DNA of 51,767 bases, the filler included, from Catajapyx aquilonaris (Eukaryota): NCBI GenBank assembly GCA_000934665.2. It is 2 parts of 2 records of this genome, joined end to end, with 100 filler letters (N's around TTAATTAATTAA, not from the genome) between each part and the next. Parts side by side here need not be neighbours in the genome. Positions count along the whole stretch, not along the records: positions 1 to 25,791 come from JYFJ02005302.1; positions 25,892 to 51,767 come from KZ539325.1. One strand, given 5' to 3'. The notes beneath the pieces were generated by a model. That model had not been told where the DNA came from and searched no databases. It saw only the letters and a program-made list of their open reading frames with translations. This document shows, in pieces, positions 13,301-26,030 of the stretch. Position 1 is the first letter of the stretch; every line of letters starts with the position of its first letter. The position numbers were made by a program, and so were the translations under genes.

Positions 13301-16300
13301 GTACGAAAATTCTAAAATAATTCACCAATGTTATACTTGTCCATACACAACTTTTGACACCCTGTGCGATTTAATCTGACAACTTTCGTGTTTTTCGCTC
13401 CACCCTACCATCCATGTCGCAAAGTCTTTTTGCATAATTCACTTTGTTTTCTATGCAGTCACCAGTCGATTATTTGAAAAATTAATTCAGTAGTACTACT
13501 ACTGGTCTGATTTCCCTCAACTTTGCAGTAGCACATGTGGCATGTCCTGGTTACAGTGACACTGTGAGACCATAAACAGAAACTTACTTGAGTGTGCATC
13601 TAAAGCAACTTAAATATCAACATTTCCACAGCCAACAATTGAAACTGACATTTTGCTAAACCAGAACACGTGATGGCAAAACGAACTTAATCAGCTGTTT
13701 TATAAACCATTGCAAACTCAAGGGTAGAATGCTCAAGAGAGCAGCAAATAATCCGCGGTCAAAATAAACTGACAAAGGGCATGGCTAAAACTGAAACAAT
13801 CTAGTGAATGACAAAAATTGAAATAAAATACAACAAGATCCACTACAACAGCCAGCATCTTACCGCTCCCACGGTATGGCACGGAATTTGATGCGCAAGA
13901 TTCCCCTCTGCTCCACAGCGACAGACTGCTCGCCAGTCTCATCCTTTTCCTTTTCACCCCCATTTCCCCACTCTTCCAAGTCACTATCTCCTGAATGTAG
14001 TTCCATCTTTGGTTCAACAACAGCAGTGGAATAATCAGAACCCACCACAGGAACCATTACTGGTGATTCATCTACATAGTCATCACTTTCCACCTTGACA
14101 TACACCTTGGCAAAGGGAGTCTCTCCAGAAGTATCTATAACCCGAGTGTCAGAACAACTGCCCATTACCCCCTCCTGCTCCCTGACCCTCTCATGCAACA
14201 AATTACACATTGCTTTACACGAGGAAGCATTATCAGGGGTAGCACTCTTTTGTCCTCGCCTACGTCCTCTTTTGGAAGCTTGTAAGAAAGGAAGAAGGGT
14301 CAATAGCATACATCACCTAAAGCAACTGCACCAAGTGTTTCTGCCCAATGACTGAGCTGTGACTTCTAGCAAAACATAGGTATCAACATTCATTACAAAA
14401 GAGTAGGCAGTAAGTAGCACTTTCTAAGGTATGCTCTCCTACATGCATGTAGTCATTTCTTGTGCCCTTCTGTGTGGTACTGAGGACTGTTTGCTATGCA
14501 TACATCTAACTCGAGTTAAAAAGGTCACTTCCAGACGGCCACTGACACAAGTAATCCACCACACATACATAAGAACATTCTTATGGTCTGTCTCTTCTTT
14601 ATAAACGGAAGAACAAGGTTGGAAATGCAAACTGTCATAATGCTTTAAATAACTGCATTGTCTAACGTTATAATTAGGTACAATGATCAGTTACAGGAGC
14701 TGTAATAATCACGTAGCACAGCATCACACTCAAAGATCATCATTTTGACAGTAACCAGAACATCTTGGAACTGCTTCAACCCTGGCCTTGGATAAGGGAA
14801 TATCTATGGGGATCATACAATTTACCTGACCTTAGGCTAGTACAGTACCCTACATCAATGGCTATGCACAGACATCCCCACCTGGAGGGATTGAGCGGAA
14901 CTAGGCGTCAGTGGGCTGTGTCCAAAATACTTTGATCTCGAGACTCACGAGACGGCTCTAGACAGCCCAAGATATCGCGGTGGATTAACAGGCATTCGCG
15001 TGGTCTGTGTAATAACTGGTTCACAACCTCAATACATTGATAGGAATAGCAATGGCCTTATAATTCATCCCACAGATATACAGTAAAACTTCTATAAGTC
15101 GAACTTCCCTAAGTCGAAGTTCTCTATAAGTCGAAGAAAATGATGAGCTTGGTTGGTCACAATGTAAAATAATAAGAAATAAACTTCCCTAACTCGAATT
15201 TATATAACTCGAAGTTCTCCATAACTTGAAGTGCAGGCAGGGCCTTACGATGGGATATCAATGCATTTTCAGTCTCCCTAAGTCCAAGTTCATGTTGGCG
15301 AGTATGAAAAATTTTCTCATTTCCCAGCCGAAGGGTCGAGAGTAGGCCACATGACCAGAAAGGCTCAATTTCCTGATCTCCGTCTGCCAGACGTACCGAA
15401 AGAAGTGTTTGACTCGATTGTGACAATGGACTCCTTGAATCTAAGATACGAAAATTCCATTTTTTTACAACAAAACAACGAGGAACATTGTAAGTGTGAT
15501 AGTGACAGTTAATTTTAAGTTTTGAACACCTTTCGTTGCTGGATATAAAGGTAGGCTTCCATATAGAGTTCTGCGCTTTAAAACAATCCAAACTTCTCTA
15601 ACTCGAATCTTCTGTAACTCGAAGTTATTTCCCTGTCCCATAGAGATTCGACATAGAAGTTTTACTGTATCTGTGATCTGCTGTGATCCATCTTTGTAGC
15701 AAGCATTTGAATCTACCACGATATCTTGCGCTGTCCAAGTATTTTGGACGCAGCCTACCAACGCCTAATCCCGCTCATTCTTGGACAGGTGGCAGTGTCT
15801 GTGCAGTCATTAATGCAGGGTACTTTACAGTGATGGACATTAATCGAGTCATACCGCTAGCGACATTTCCGAAGCGGCAGAAGAAGGAATCGAAGATAAG
15901 GATACTGCAAGCCAGGCGAGCAAGATTCCTTCTTCTGCCGCTTCGGAAAATATCGATAGCAGTATGCCTCGATTATTGTCCAACACTGTACTGGCAGAAA
16001 ATATAAGAAAACAGGATCTGTGTTTCTTGACTAAGTGCTACTTATCTGTCATATGCAAATAACAGTATTTGCTTCACTTTATGGGATTTGAAAATATCAG
16101 CAGTTTGCACTCTGATGTTGAATCACCCTACACATCTCCACAACATTTGCCATACAGGTTATTGTAAATTTTCCTCACTATTTATCCAGCTACAATATGC
16201 TTCAACTGTCAAGGTACACATTGTGGCAGTGTGTAACTATTTGTTTTGTTAAGCAAAATGGGATTCCACAACCCAAAGATAAAATTCACTCGAAGTTGCA

Positions 16301-19300
16301 CAACAATATAATTTTTTGACGAACATTTCCCAGATACTCGTCCCACTAATGTCCGTCACTGCCTGTAGAAATAGGACCGATGAAAAAACCTGCAGTGCAC
16401 ACCCCAACTCAACTGTCATTTCCTTTTATTCTGCCAGGGCATATAGCAGCTCCAAAATCAATGCAAAATTTCCTGTATGTACCCTTGGACTTGACAAATA
16501 TTATGGATTTTATCAGAGTTTTTCATACACTAGCTTGAATTTCTTCTCTTCTGCTTACTCCATTTGGGACCATATTGTTTGTTAAAATTCACAATGATTC
16601 TTTAAAAGTACTTGAAACAATTGAGCATATCCACAGCATGGCACAATAGTGAAACCTTGCTAATTCAATCCACGAGGACAAAAAAAAAAGGCACTTTGTG
16701 ACAGTTTTAATTACGCAAACATCTTTTCTCCCTCTATATCTGACACTGAAGCATTTAGGAACCAGTGAAATGGCATCCACCGATGCTGTCCTTGCCCACA
16801 ACCATGACAGATAAATATGATTAATGTGTCACATCGCAGCACATTCAGAATTTCAAAGAATTGGTTAGACTGGGAAAAAGGCTTTTGGTCACCAAGCCAA
16901 AAGGGTCCTAACCTTACAAATAGTGTACTGCGCTGGACATTAATGGTGTCGTACTGGTGGCAGCAAGAGGCAGTGGTGGCAAAAGAGTGAATCAAAGCAA
17001 TTAATTGGTTGCTAATTCATCACTTCAATTCACTCTTTTGCCGTAGCGCCACCAGTACGACACCATTAACGTCCAGCACTGTACCTGAAAATAACAACAT
17101 ACGGTCTCCACACAAGTGCAATAATGACAATTTTTCAAGTAAAGGCTTAAAAAAAACTGGCTCATTTTTGTTCTGCAGGCCCAAGACTGACTTTGAATTT
17201 CAAACTTCAAATTGCCACATCAAGGAACCTAATTACAGCATAACTCATATGATCTGATTATGAATTAGCAAGGATTCACTCTGTACAATATACGAGAGCG
17301 AGTCAAAACAAATTGGGACTAATTTTTTTTGTGATAAAGAGAATTAGGTTATGACTTTTCGTGAGTGACATTGTGTCCAGAATGGTTTGAAGTATTACAT
17401 CACCAATTTTTGTTCGAATATTCTAAAATCCCAAGCGACAGTGACACCAGAAGTAGGCCTAGGTATCAATTCGCCTCCGCCAAAATTCAGCATTGAGGTT
17501 TAGCTTTACTTGGAATTAAACAACCACAGAGGTGTACGACATGTTAAGATTGTGAACAGCAGATACTGGTCACCATGTGAGGCTACGAGACGTTGAAACT
17601 CTTCACACACTTCCACCTGGATCTGCTTCTCCTTTGCAGCCAACAACCTGAGGACCCATCGCATCGGGTGCAAAAGCGTCATATGTGTAAATGGTCAATG
17701 CAAAATTGCATGGGCACTACCATGGAATATACCACATATTCTGGCAAGGCCATCGATGGACATACGGCGTTCTTCCTAAACAATCACTGCACAGGTAGTG
17801 TTAATGAGGTCCTCTGTCAGACCTCTGATGAGAGTCTGCAGACCTGTGTCTTAGAAAACGGACTACCGACCCTCGCTGAATGCCTTGTACCATCGGAATG
17901 TTGTGGAACACTTCTTCCCATACACCTCTCTTAGCTTGCCGTATGCCTCCATCGCTGTTGTCTTCAAACGGAAGAAAAACCTCACCACTAATTGTTGGTC
18001 CTCACTGCCAACTTCCTAGCAGAGCGGAAGCGAATGCAAACATAGGTTTACTTTCGGTGTCACTGTCGCTTGGGATTTTGGAATATTCAAACAAAAATTG
18101 GTAGTCTAATAATACTTCAAGCCATTCTGGACACGATGCCACTCACGAAAAGTCATGAACTAATTCTCTTTATCACATAAAAAATCAGTCCCAATTTGTT
18201 TTGACTCGCCACAGTATTTGCCATGTTGGGAGTGGCAAATTATCCTGAATAATTGTTTGTTTTGCAAGCAAAGGATCTTCTGAACAAATCACACTCATTG
18301 CATGTCCATCACAAGGCCAGAGTCTGTTAACCATATTTGGCCAAAGGCTGTGATCAACATCCAGGCACAAAATGTCCTCTTTTATGTCATATTAATTTGT
18401 TAAAAAGGTTGTTCAGACATTTGACTACTTTTTCCGTTTTTTACGATGACCCCAACTCCCACATAGAAGAGAGACCTAATAACATTACCAGCAATTTCTC
18501 TTGATCCTGCCTTCTACCTTAACTAGATGGAAACATTTAATGGGCACAGTAGTGTACATATGCTAAAGCATGTAACAATAGCATAATTCAATGCACATGG
18601 GCAAGGGATGTCCTTCTTAGCTGGTTCATGATGGGTGATGTCAAGAGACACCCTACGCTACTAAGGCAGCATAAGGTATATGGCAGGTAAAGTTTGTGTC
18701 AAGGCACGTGGAAAGTTTGTCAGAAAACTACAGTATACTGTATATGAAAGAGTAATCTACAAATACTTCAGGAAAAGGACCTGCACTTGGATAGCATCCA
18801 CTTGGAAGCTTACACCCAAACTGCAGCTAACTACATAATAGTAGTTTAAATTATTAGATCTGCACATACTCATCCTCTATCAAAACTCGGCAACATTTTT
18901 ACTCTTCAACATGTAAGCAAGTTAGTGTTCAATTTGTATTATTGCTACAGTACTAGACAGATAAATATGGCAAATGAGTTTACAAATGACACTTTAAATG
19001 CCTCATGATGCCCAATATGATTGCCAACCATGTTGGCTGAAAATAAATCGTTACCTTTTAGTCCTGTGTGCAAGACAGAATGGCGCGCAAGATCTTCCTT
19101 CCTTACAAAAGGCTTTTGGCAGCGTTCACACTGGAATGGCTTGGCACCCTCGTGGACGTATCGAACATGCATCACAAGTCTTGCACGTCGATTAAATGCC
19201 TTTCCACAGTGGTCACATGTGAAACCATTTTCACCTAGAGGTAACGAGATAAATCATTGCAGCAGCACATGTAAGCTAGCACACTCTCCCACTACCATTC

Positions 19301-22300
19301 TCTCATTCATTAAAAAGTCATGCCATCAAAATTCAGTAATTACCAGTATGATGAAAAATGTGGGCTCGCAACTGAGAAGGTTGAATAAAACTCTTCCCAC
19401 AGTACTGGCACACGTGTGGTTTAACTCCAGTATGAGTCTTTATGTGGCGATTTAGAGTCTCCTTCGCGGCGAACTTGGCAAGGCACTGAAAAAATTTTGC
19501 TGTAAATGGCAGCCATTTATTAATAAAGGAAGAAATACCTGCTTGCATTCATAAGGTCTCTCTCCAGTATGCATTCGTCTGTGCTTTTTCACGGCTCCAC
19601 TGGATGGAAATCCCTTGTGGCAGAATTCACACACAAAGGGACGTTCACCTGCAAATGTCAAGTTAGTCTTGTAATAATTTGAATAATGCTAATAATGCTT
19701 TAAAACCATGCTTGGCTAATCACCTGTATGCGTTCGTAGATGAACTTGCAGCAGAGATGTCCCATGAAATTCCTTGTTGCAAAACTCACAAGCAAATTTC
19801 TTCTTACGTTTCACTTGTCCAGCGTGAGCACGCAAGTGCTCTCTTAGATTGTCTTTACGACTAAACATCTTCCCACATACCTGAGTAATAAAATGTGAAT
19901 GGTGAGGCTCATAATGCAGTAGGTGCAACAATGGTCATGTGAGTTTATCTACACTAACATGAAAACCTGCTACACACTAACTAAAAACTGCCATGTTCTA
20001 TCCACTGAAATGATATAAGGTATAAATGTAGAGAATTCAATTAATTACTGGTACTACATTATTTTATAAACTGTTATTTATTTCTTCCACAATCTGTGTG
20101 TGCCACCCTACCTCAGTTTGGACCTGACCTTGTCAATCACATAGTGTTTACTTTGGGACTCCTCTTCCCTAAGGACTGAACCTTCCATTTAAGCACGGAA
20201 ATGAGGATCAGTATTGTAATTGCCATGAGAGATCTTTACAGAATTTTGCAATAAATCAATGATCAAAATGATGCAGGATTTCTCAGTAATGATACAATTT
20301 CACCTTCATTACTGTGTTTCCACTGATGTGACATGTAGTAGCAGAATGCCACGGTTGAATGTGGTGGGGTGGGAATGAGGCAGAAAGTGGGAGTGGGAAA
20401 TGTTAACTTTCCTTTAACATTAAACTCAAACTACAGCTTCGTTGATTGGTTGCAACTCATACTGTCAACATAAGCAGCACTCATTTTGCCAGGGGAACAA
20501 TATCAGTTCTTATCCCTAATAAGACGGGCGTATCATATGCTGATGCACTGGCTTTCAAAAATTCTGCTGGCTAAACTATAGCGTTTTCCCACTATGTAAC
20601 GTGGTTTCTGTGTGGCTTTTTAAATTTTCTCTCGCGTAAAAAAATCGCGAGTTTTGGACTACATAAATAAACCGGATTAACCAGATTAACTTGAATGAAA
20701 TAATCTTTTTGTGGCCGCTGAAAAAAAATAAAATCTGGCCTTGACCGGCAAATTTTTGGCATACATAGTTGCCCCCAAACCTCCTCAAGAGATTCCACCC
20801 TAAAATTAGTGCAAAAGATGATTCAATAGTTTTAAAATAAATAAATAATGCTCGTAAATGCCAATTAGCGGCTGGCGGTAGTCTGCGCACTTCAATGCCA
20901 GCCTCAGGCTGGCTGGAGGGCACATGCTCCCTGCACCTTTTGAATGGCTGAATGTTTACATTCGTGAGGGGTTGCTTGTTTATGACTGCTGCAAGTCTCG
21001 CAGTCCTGTGACGTAATTCATGCCATGCGCTTATGAACTGCTTTGGTCAGTGGTGCCAAGGCTATATACCTATAATTTTTTGTCAAGCAGGCAGAGTGAC
21101 AAAAAATTGGAGTATGCGCGAAACATACGCCTCTGCGCCACCTTGTTATGCATATGAGAGTTTCCATTGCGTACACATGAGAGGAGGGACACATAGATGG
21201 CCTCAGGATCAAGCCTGAACACTATACCCCTATTCACTAGTGTTTTCAAGTCTCGTCCCCCAAGTCCCTAAGAAAGCGAATTTTTTGCAGATACTTGCAA
21301 AAACGCGAAAAAACACCAGTCTTATTAGGGTTATGCACAACTGATGTGTAAGGAAAGCAAAACTGGGTAGGTACTAGTTATATAGCTCAAAAACATAAGA
21401 GACGCTTTTGCATTTGAGTCAAGTGCAGCCTGCACTTAAATAAAATGCAAATTTGTCTCTGTTTTTGAGTGATATAGTACATGATGTGTACTAGAGAACA
21501 AAACCCAAGAAACTCAGCCTGTTTCATGAAGTTCTCAATTTTGAAACTAGACTCCATCCACTCCATTTAAAACATTTTATAGAGATTTCTGAAAAAGCAC
21601 CTTTTACAGTTATTCATTTCTGGGAGCAAACACAACTTCACGGCTAAGTTTGAAAATATGAGAGGCTTGCACTTGATGAACATGCATTGTTAGTGGTGAA
21701 TATCAATAAGGAGGGTAGATTTAGAAAGATAGCTTGAGATCACCTTCACATGCTATTAAATTTAATTTCAATTAACTGCAAATTCTACATTTCATTTGGC
21801 ATTGTGCATAATAGGTGCCGTGGAACCTGCACTGGATGGGAACAATTTCGAAGTTCACAATATCTGACCTTTCATTTTAGATATCACAGTGAGCTTTTTT
21901 GAACATTGTTGCAAATATGGAATTGTAATGACAAATGAACCCCAATGACAACAGCCAATCGTTCCACCTCACAGTAACCCAAGGACAGAGAAATTGCTGT
22001 TGCCAATTGTTTCCAGTTCGATTTGCATGTACTTAGAGATCACTTGGATCATACTGAGTGACCAAAATGCAATGGCGCTTGGTGTAACTGCCACACGACA
22101 CTGGACCATTCTATTTCTGCCTAAATGGGTACAGTATTGGACATAAATCGAGGCATATTGCTAGCAACATTTTCCGAAGCGGTAGAAGAAGGAATTGAAG
22201 ATAAGGATACTGCATGCCGGACGAGCTAGATTCCTTCTTCTGCCGCTTCGGAAAATGTCGCTGGCAGTATGCCTCGATTAATGTCCAACACTTTACAACA

Positions 22301-23861
22301 GCTTCAGAGAGAGCTAGCTGTGGGGTTAGCTGAAGTGGGTGGTGATGATGACTGCCCTCCCACACCTACCTCCCCTCCTGACAGCAGAAGAGAGGACTGA
22401 CATAATGCACCATAATTTCACCAGGACACTACACTGCTGATCACAGAGCAGTGGTGTATGTTGGATAAAGAACAACTTGGGAGAGCAATGTGATACAGAG
22501 TTAACCTACATATTATGTTAGCTGGCAGCTTTCATTGCACTGTGTTGCAGACAGGGACATGATCACACCTCTACATTGCCTATGGAAACAAGTACCTGAC
22601 ATGGATGAGCTGGCTTGGGTGTTCCATCGCAACCAGTCTGGACAACATGACGCTCCAAGTGGTATTTACGGCTAAACTGCCGATTGCAACGGTCACAGGT
22701 GTATGGCTTCAGACCTACATAACAGGCAGTGTTATAGACATAAGTGATAATTTGACTGCATGCATCTTACCTGTGTGGGTGTACATATGCCTAGCAAGGG
22801 TTCCTTTGTCTGGACATCGAGCCCCGCATTCAGGACAAGTGTGGGTGTCTCCCTCTTCATGTATTACTTTTTTGTGGCGTTCTAGGCTAGATTTTAGTTT
22901 GAATGTTTTCAAGCATACGTCACATTGAAAATCACCACCCTAGAAGGTAAAGTTGAGCTTTTCTTATCATTTTTCACTACATAACAATATTAAATTTCAA
23001 TATGTACTACAAACCTCATGGGCAGTTTCTAAGTCTTCTCCACAGCAGTGACACTTTCCAGGTGCACCTTTAGAATTTATCCCACCTGAAACATCATTTA
23101 TAGACCGTAAAATTCTAGTTCGTCTCTCATCATCAGATTTACGTGAACCATTACAAACCTTCCATGCTATCTTGCCCTTCGGCATCTCCTTCAGTAAATG
23201 GATATTCTGAATCTTCTAACTCTTCAGCATCCTGTATGGGTATCTTCTTGATCTTTACCACAACAGGTGGCCCATATGCTTCCTGACAAGCTTTCTGATG
23301 TCTTTTGAAACCCTAGATGAAGAATAACAATTTTTACTGAGCCTGCCAAACAATGCATCTTTCTACAGTGGGATACTTACCGAGACATTGCTGAATGTGC
23401 GCTTGCAAACATCACATTTTAGATCCCCCGTCTCCAGTGTCATTGTGGCTTTTTTGAAAGTAGTTGTAATAGGGTCATCATCTACAAGGGGAAAAGGCAG
23501 GCAAGTGAAAACTTTTCCAGACAGAAATGCTTTTAAAATGAGGCAATGCATACCCTTCTCATTGAAATCATACTCATTGCCACTGGCTTCTGCAACAGGT
23601 GATGGATCAGGAACAAACTTCTTCCTCACTTTTGCATATGTTGTGCCTAGTGACCAAAATTATAGAATGAAACATATGCATATACGAAGAGGTTAAGTGT
23701 GGATGAAGTCGGGTTACCTGTTTTCCTTCTCAAAGAGCGTGTAGTAGCTTTTCCTTTTCCATTCATTTTGCTTTCATCCACACTTTGGCTGGAGCAGCTT
23801 GATGACTTATCACCTTCCAGATCTAGTTCAGTGTTGCAGGTGGAAGCACTCTTATTCAACC
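7354..23861 (-). CDS. Multi-exon C2H2 zinc-finger transcription factor (about 13 fingers plus C-terminal helical domain); 5' exon(s) upstream
   Basis: 13 phase-consistent GT-AG exons: 23861-23718, 23646-23554, 23481-23381, 23312-23159, 23085-23015, 22939-22771, 22714-22596, 19880-19724, 19648-19539, 19485-19344, 19234-19055, 7980-7904, 7836-7354 (TAG). The spliced translation has tandem fingers with HTGERPF/HTGVKPH linkers (e.g. [64 protein letters not shown]), several split across introns, and ends ...[20 protein letters not shown]. Confidence 0.93.
9791..9861. repeat. About 70-bp hairpin
   Basis: TTTGACC...GAATATTCTTACAACATTTTTA-gggtg-TAAAAATGTTGTAAGAATATTC...GGTCAAA. Confidence 0.75.
10066..10276. 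repeat. Inverted repeat with roughly 68-bp near-perfect arms (MITE-like)
   Basis: GGGGCGTTTTGCGGGAGGTGCTCACTTGAGAGCGCCTTTCA and its exact reverse complement. Confidence 0.8.
10539..11180. mobile_element. TA-flanked MITE (CAGGGTGTTTCTTACTA termini) carrying a SINE insertion
   Basis: About 60-bp imperfect TIRs, TA on both sides. Confidence 0.85.
10734..10962 (-). mobile_element. tRNA-derived SINE family 1 (Ser-like CTGCTAA loop)
   Basis: A box TGGCATAGTGG, B box GGTTCAAATCC, 14-bp TSD TGATAATCGTGACT (10720-10733 / 10963-10976); a second copy lies near 26 kb. Confidence 0.9.
11246..11537. mobile_element. Palindromic MITE-like element
   Basis: Termini GGCCTTACTGGCATGC / GCATGCCAGTAAGGCC with roughly 85-bp imperfect arms. 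Confidence 0.7.
12095..13405. mobile_element. 1.3-kb foldback element (arms about 640 bp)
   Basis: The left half is the reverse complement of the right half with scattered mismatches and small indels; TA flanks; centre near 12750. Confidence 0.92.
13860..14278 (-). CDS. Probable alternative terminal exon of the zinc-finger gene (basic then acidic segment, ends ...AIPWER*)
   Basis: Pyrimidine-rich acceptor cttcctttcttacaag|CT in phase 1, matching the donor at 19055. 419 nt open to TAA. Protein-like composition (KRGRRRG, VKVESDD, PKME). Confidence 0.55.
14843..15825. mobile_element. MITE family B (CAGTACCCT termini), interrupted by 15081-15667
   Basis: Inverted arms ...AATGGCTATGCACAGACA...GTCCAAAATACTT; a related copy lies at 32885-33710. 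Confidence 0.8.
15081..15667. mobile_element. Tigger/pogo-like MITE
   Basis: TIR CAGTAAAACTTCTAT(A/G)..TCGAA, TA flanks, subterminal TAACTCGAA/AAGTCGAA repeats. Confidence 0.88.
15828..15988. mobile_element. Small hairpin MITE family C copy 1
   Basis: About 160-bp near-palindrome (CCGAAGCGGCAGAAGAAGGAATC / GATTCCTTCTTCTGCCGCTTCGG), TA flanks. Confidence 0.88.
17293..18214 (-). mobile_element. Internally deleted mariner element with transposase remnants
   Basis: TA|CGAGAGCGAGTCAAAA termini and long inverted arms. Minus-strand fragments [30 protein letters not shown] (mariner N-terminal HTH) and RWVLRLL (WVPHEL-like linker). Confidence 0.88.
20514..21330. mobile_element. piggyBac-like non-autonomous element
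   Basis: TIR CCCTAATAAGAC / GTCTTATTAGGG, flanked on both sides by TTAT. Confidence 0.7.
22132..22293. mobile_element. Small hairpin MITE family C copy 2
   Basis: Nearly the same sequence as 15828-15988. Confidence 0.88.
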
Positions 23862-24029
23862 CTACAAGCAACAAGAGAAACAATTTGCATGTAAACTTGC
23901 AGTTGAATTCCTTCAACTGTATTCTGGTATTTTTACAGAGGCGCAGATACGAAGGGCTCAGCGCCAAACATGACTAACCCTCACAGGTTAATGTTGAGAA
24001 AATGTTGATGAGAGCTTTCCACAAATCAA

Positions 24030-24626
24030 TACCTATTTTGTTAAAAAAAATCTCGAAAACATACATTTTCAACTATGAATATTAATAAATAAAGGTAATC
24101 ATCACGAATTCATGCTTTATTATTTTTATTTATGGCAATAAGTATAAACGCCAAACACAAAAAAATGACCACAAACATTTTTAAAAACTATCACTCGAAC
24201 TGGATTTTTAATAAATTTGCTGCATTTCTTCTTATTCTACCCAACAATTGACGTATCGTCAACAGCGCATAACTTGAGAACCGACACTCCTACAGAAATG
24301 AGGTTTGGACCAGCCGATTTGGAAAACCTTAACAAATCGGCTGGTCCAAACCTCATATCCGTAGGAGTATGGGTTCTCAAGTTATGCACTGTTTACGATA
24401 CGTCAATTGTTGGGTATTATAAGAAGAAATGCAGCAAATTTATTAAAAATCCAGTTCGAGTGATAGTTTTTTAAAATGTTTGTGGTAATTTTTTTTTGTG
24501 TTTGGCGTTTACTTATTGCCATAAATAAAAATCATAAAGCATGAATTCGTGATGATTACCTTTATTAATTAATATTTATAGTTGAAAATGTAGGTTTTCG
24601 AGATTAAAAATAAAATAAAATAGGTA
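24030..24626. repeat. 0.6-kb foldback palindrome (arms about 290 bp)
   Basis: Arms converge on TTTGGACCAGCCGATTT-loop-AAATCGGCTGGTCCAAA at about 24304-24350. Confidence 0.9.
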
Positions 24627-24729
24627 ATATCTGCACGTCTGTTGAACCTAGAATGACAGTTCCTTTTTTGGTTTGTAGCGTTATTCACGGCGCTTTCAAC
24701 GGTGCCTCACACTTTCCATTTGTAGTGTA

Positions 24730-25265
24730 CCGTATTTACTCGCATATAAGACGCACACGCGTATAAGACGCACCCCGGTTTTGAGGCGAAAAATCGCGGA
24801 AAATCGGTTGTTGACTCATATAAGACGCACCCAGATTTATTGCCGTAGTTTGGGAACTGGCCTCGAGCTGCCGGCAGCAACCTCGTGTGCAATGCATGTG
24901 CAATGCATGTGCGTGTGGAATCCATTAGAATCCAGTAAACAGTGGGGGCAAGTGGAAAATGGGACAATGCTACGCATCTGAAACGTATAGGTGGCAAGGT
25001 CACACCGGAATTGTGCATGTGTGTGGACGGGGGGAGCATAACAATGGAAGTGAAGGAGAAACGCAGGTCGTACCGTGCCGATTTCAAGAGGAAAGTGATC
25101 AACTGTGCTGACAGGACATCAAACCGACAAGATTAAATTTTTCGATAAATGATTTTCACGATTTCTCACGGATTTCACCCATTGTGCCCTGCCGTATAAG
25201 ACGCACCCTACTTTTTGAGCTACAAAAATCGGAAAAAAGTGCGTCTTATATGCGAGTAAATATGG
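24730..25265 (+). mobile_element. Deleted pogo-like element retaining the transposase N-terminus
   Basis: TIR CCGTATTTACTCGCATATAAGACGCA, TA flanks, internal TATAAGACGCAC repeats; ATG 25044 gives MEVKEKRRSYRADFKRKVINCADRTSNRQ (pogo/Brinker-type HTH start). Confidence 0.88.
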
Positions 25266-25791
25266 TAAGTTTAGGCTTGAGAAATAAAAAACTTCCGCTT
25301 GGGGGTGATGCTCAACTTTTAAGTAGGATAGTGTAGGGAGGTGATGTGGTGTTGGGCACCTGGACATGTTTTTAAATAAGAAACAGACAATCACTGTGTG
25401 TAGAGGAGTCTGCTGAAGGCACAGTTAGTGACAAACAAAACCAGACTCTAGATATAACAGACTCTTGGTCATAACTGACTTTCAGTTATAACAGTCTCCA
25501 AAGGCCAGTCTTGCCATACTTCCATAAGGCAATATGTATTTTTATTACTCCTGATATAATAAACTCATTTTCATCTCACCTCAGCTATTACAGACCTTTT
25601 TTGGGCCCTAGGTGACAAAATATGCTGTTTTTGATTATTCAGCTTCCTGTCCCACAGGCAGGAAGGCTGAGAATACTGGAAGGGGGCGATTTTTGCATCA
25701 GTCACTGATCTGAGTTAGGGGTCGTCCATATACCACGTGACCGATTTTCGGGCACTTTTTGACCCCCCCTCCCCCCCCAGTGACCGACCGT

Positions 25792-25890
25792 NNNNNNNNN
25801 NNNNNNNNNNNNNNNNNNNNNNNNNNNNNNNNNNNTTAATTAATTAANNNNNNNNNNNNNNNNNNNNNNNNNNNNNNNNNNNNNNNNNNN
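25792..25890. other. Assembly gap with artificial TTAATTAATTAA spacer
   Basis: Two N runs flank TTAATTAATTAA. Confidence 0.9.
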
Positions 25891-25990
25891 NATCTTTAAC
25901 AGTCTCCTTAACATTACACCTCTCCAAAATCTCCTCATTCCTAATCCTATCGAACTTGGTAACCCCACAAACAGCCCGGAGATAACGCAT

Positions 25991-25992
25991 TG

Positions 25993-26030
<38 letters not shown>

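Noticed and set aside
25836..25847. TTAATTAATTAA palindrome
   Set aside because: Embedded in N runs; an artificial scaffold spacer.
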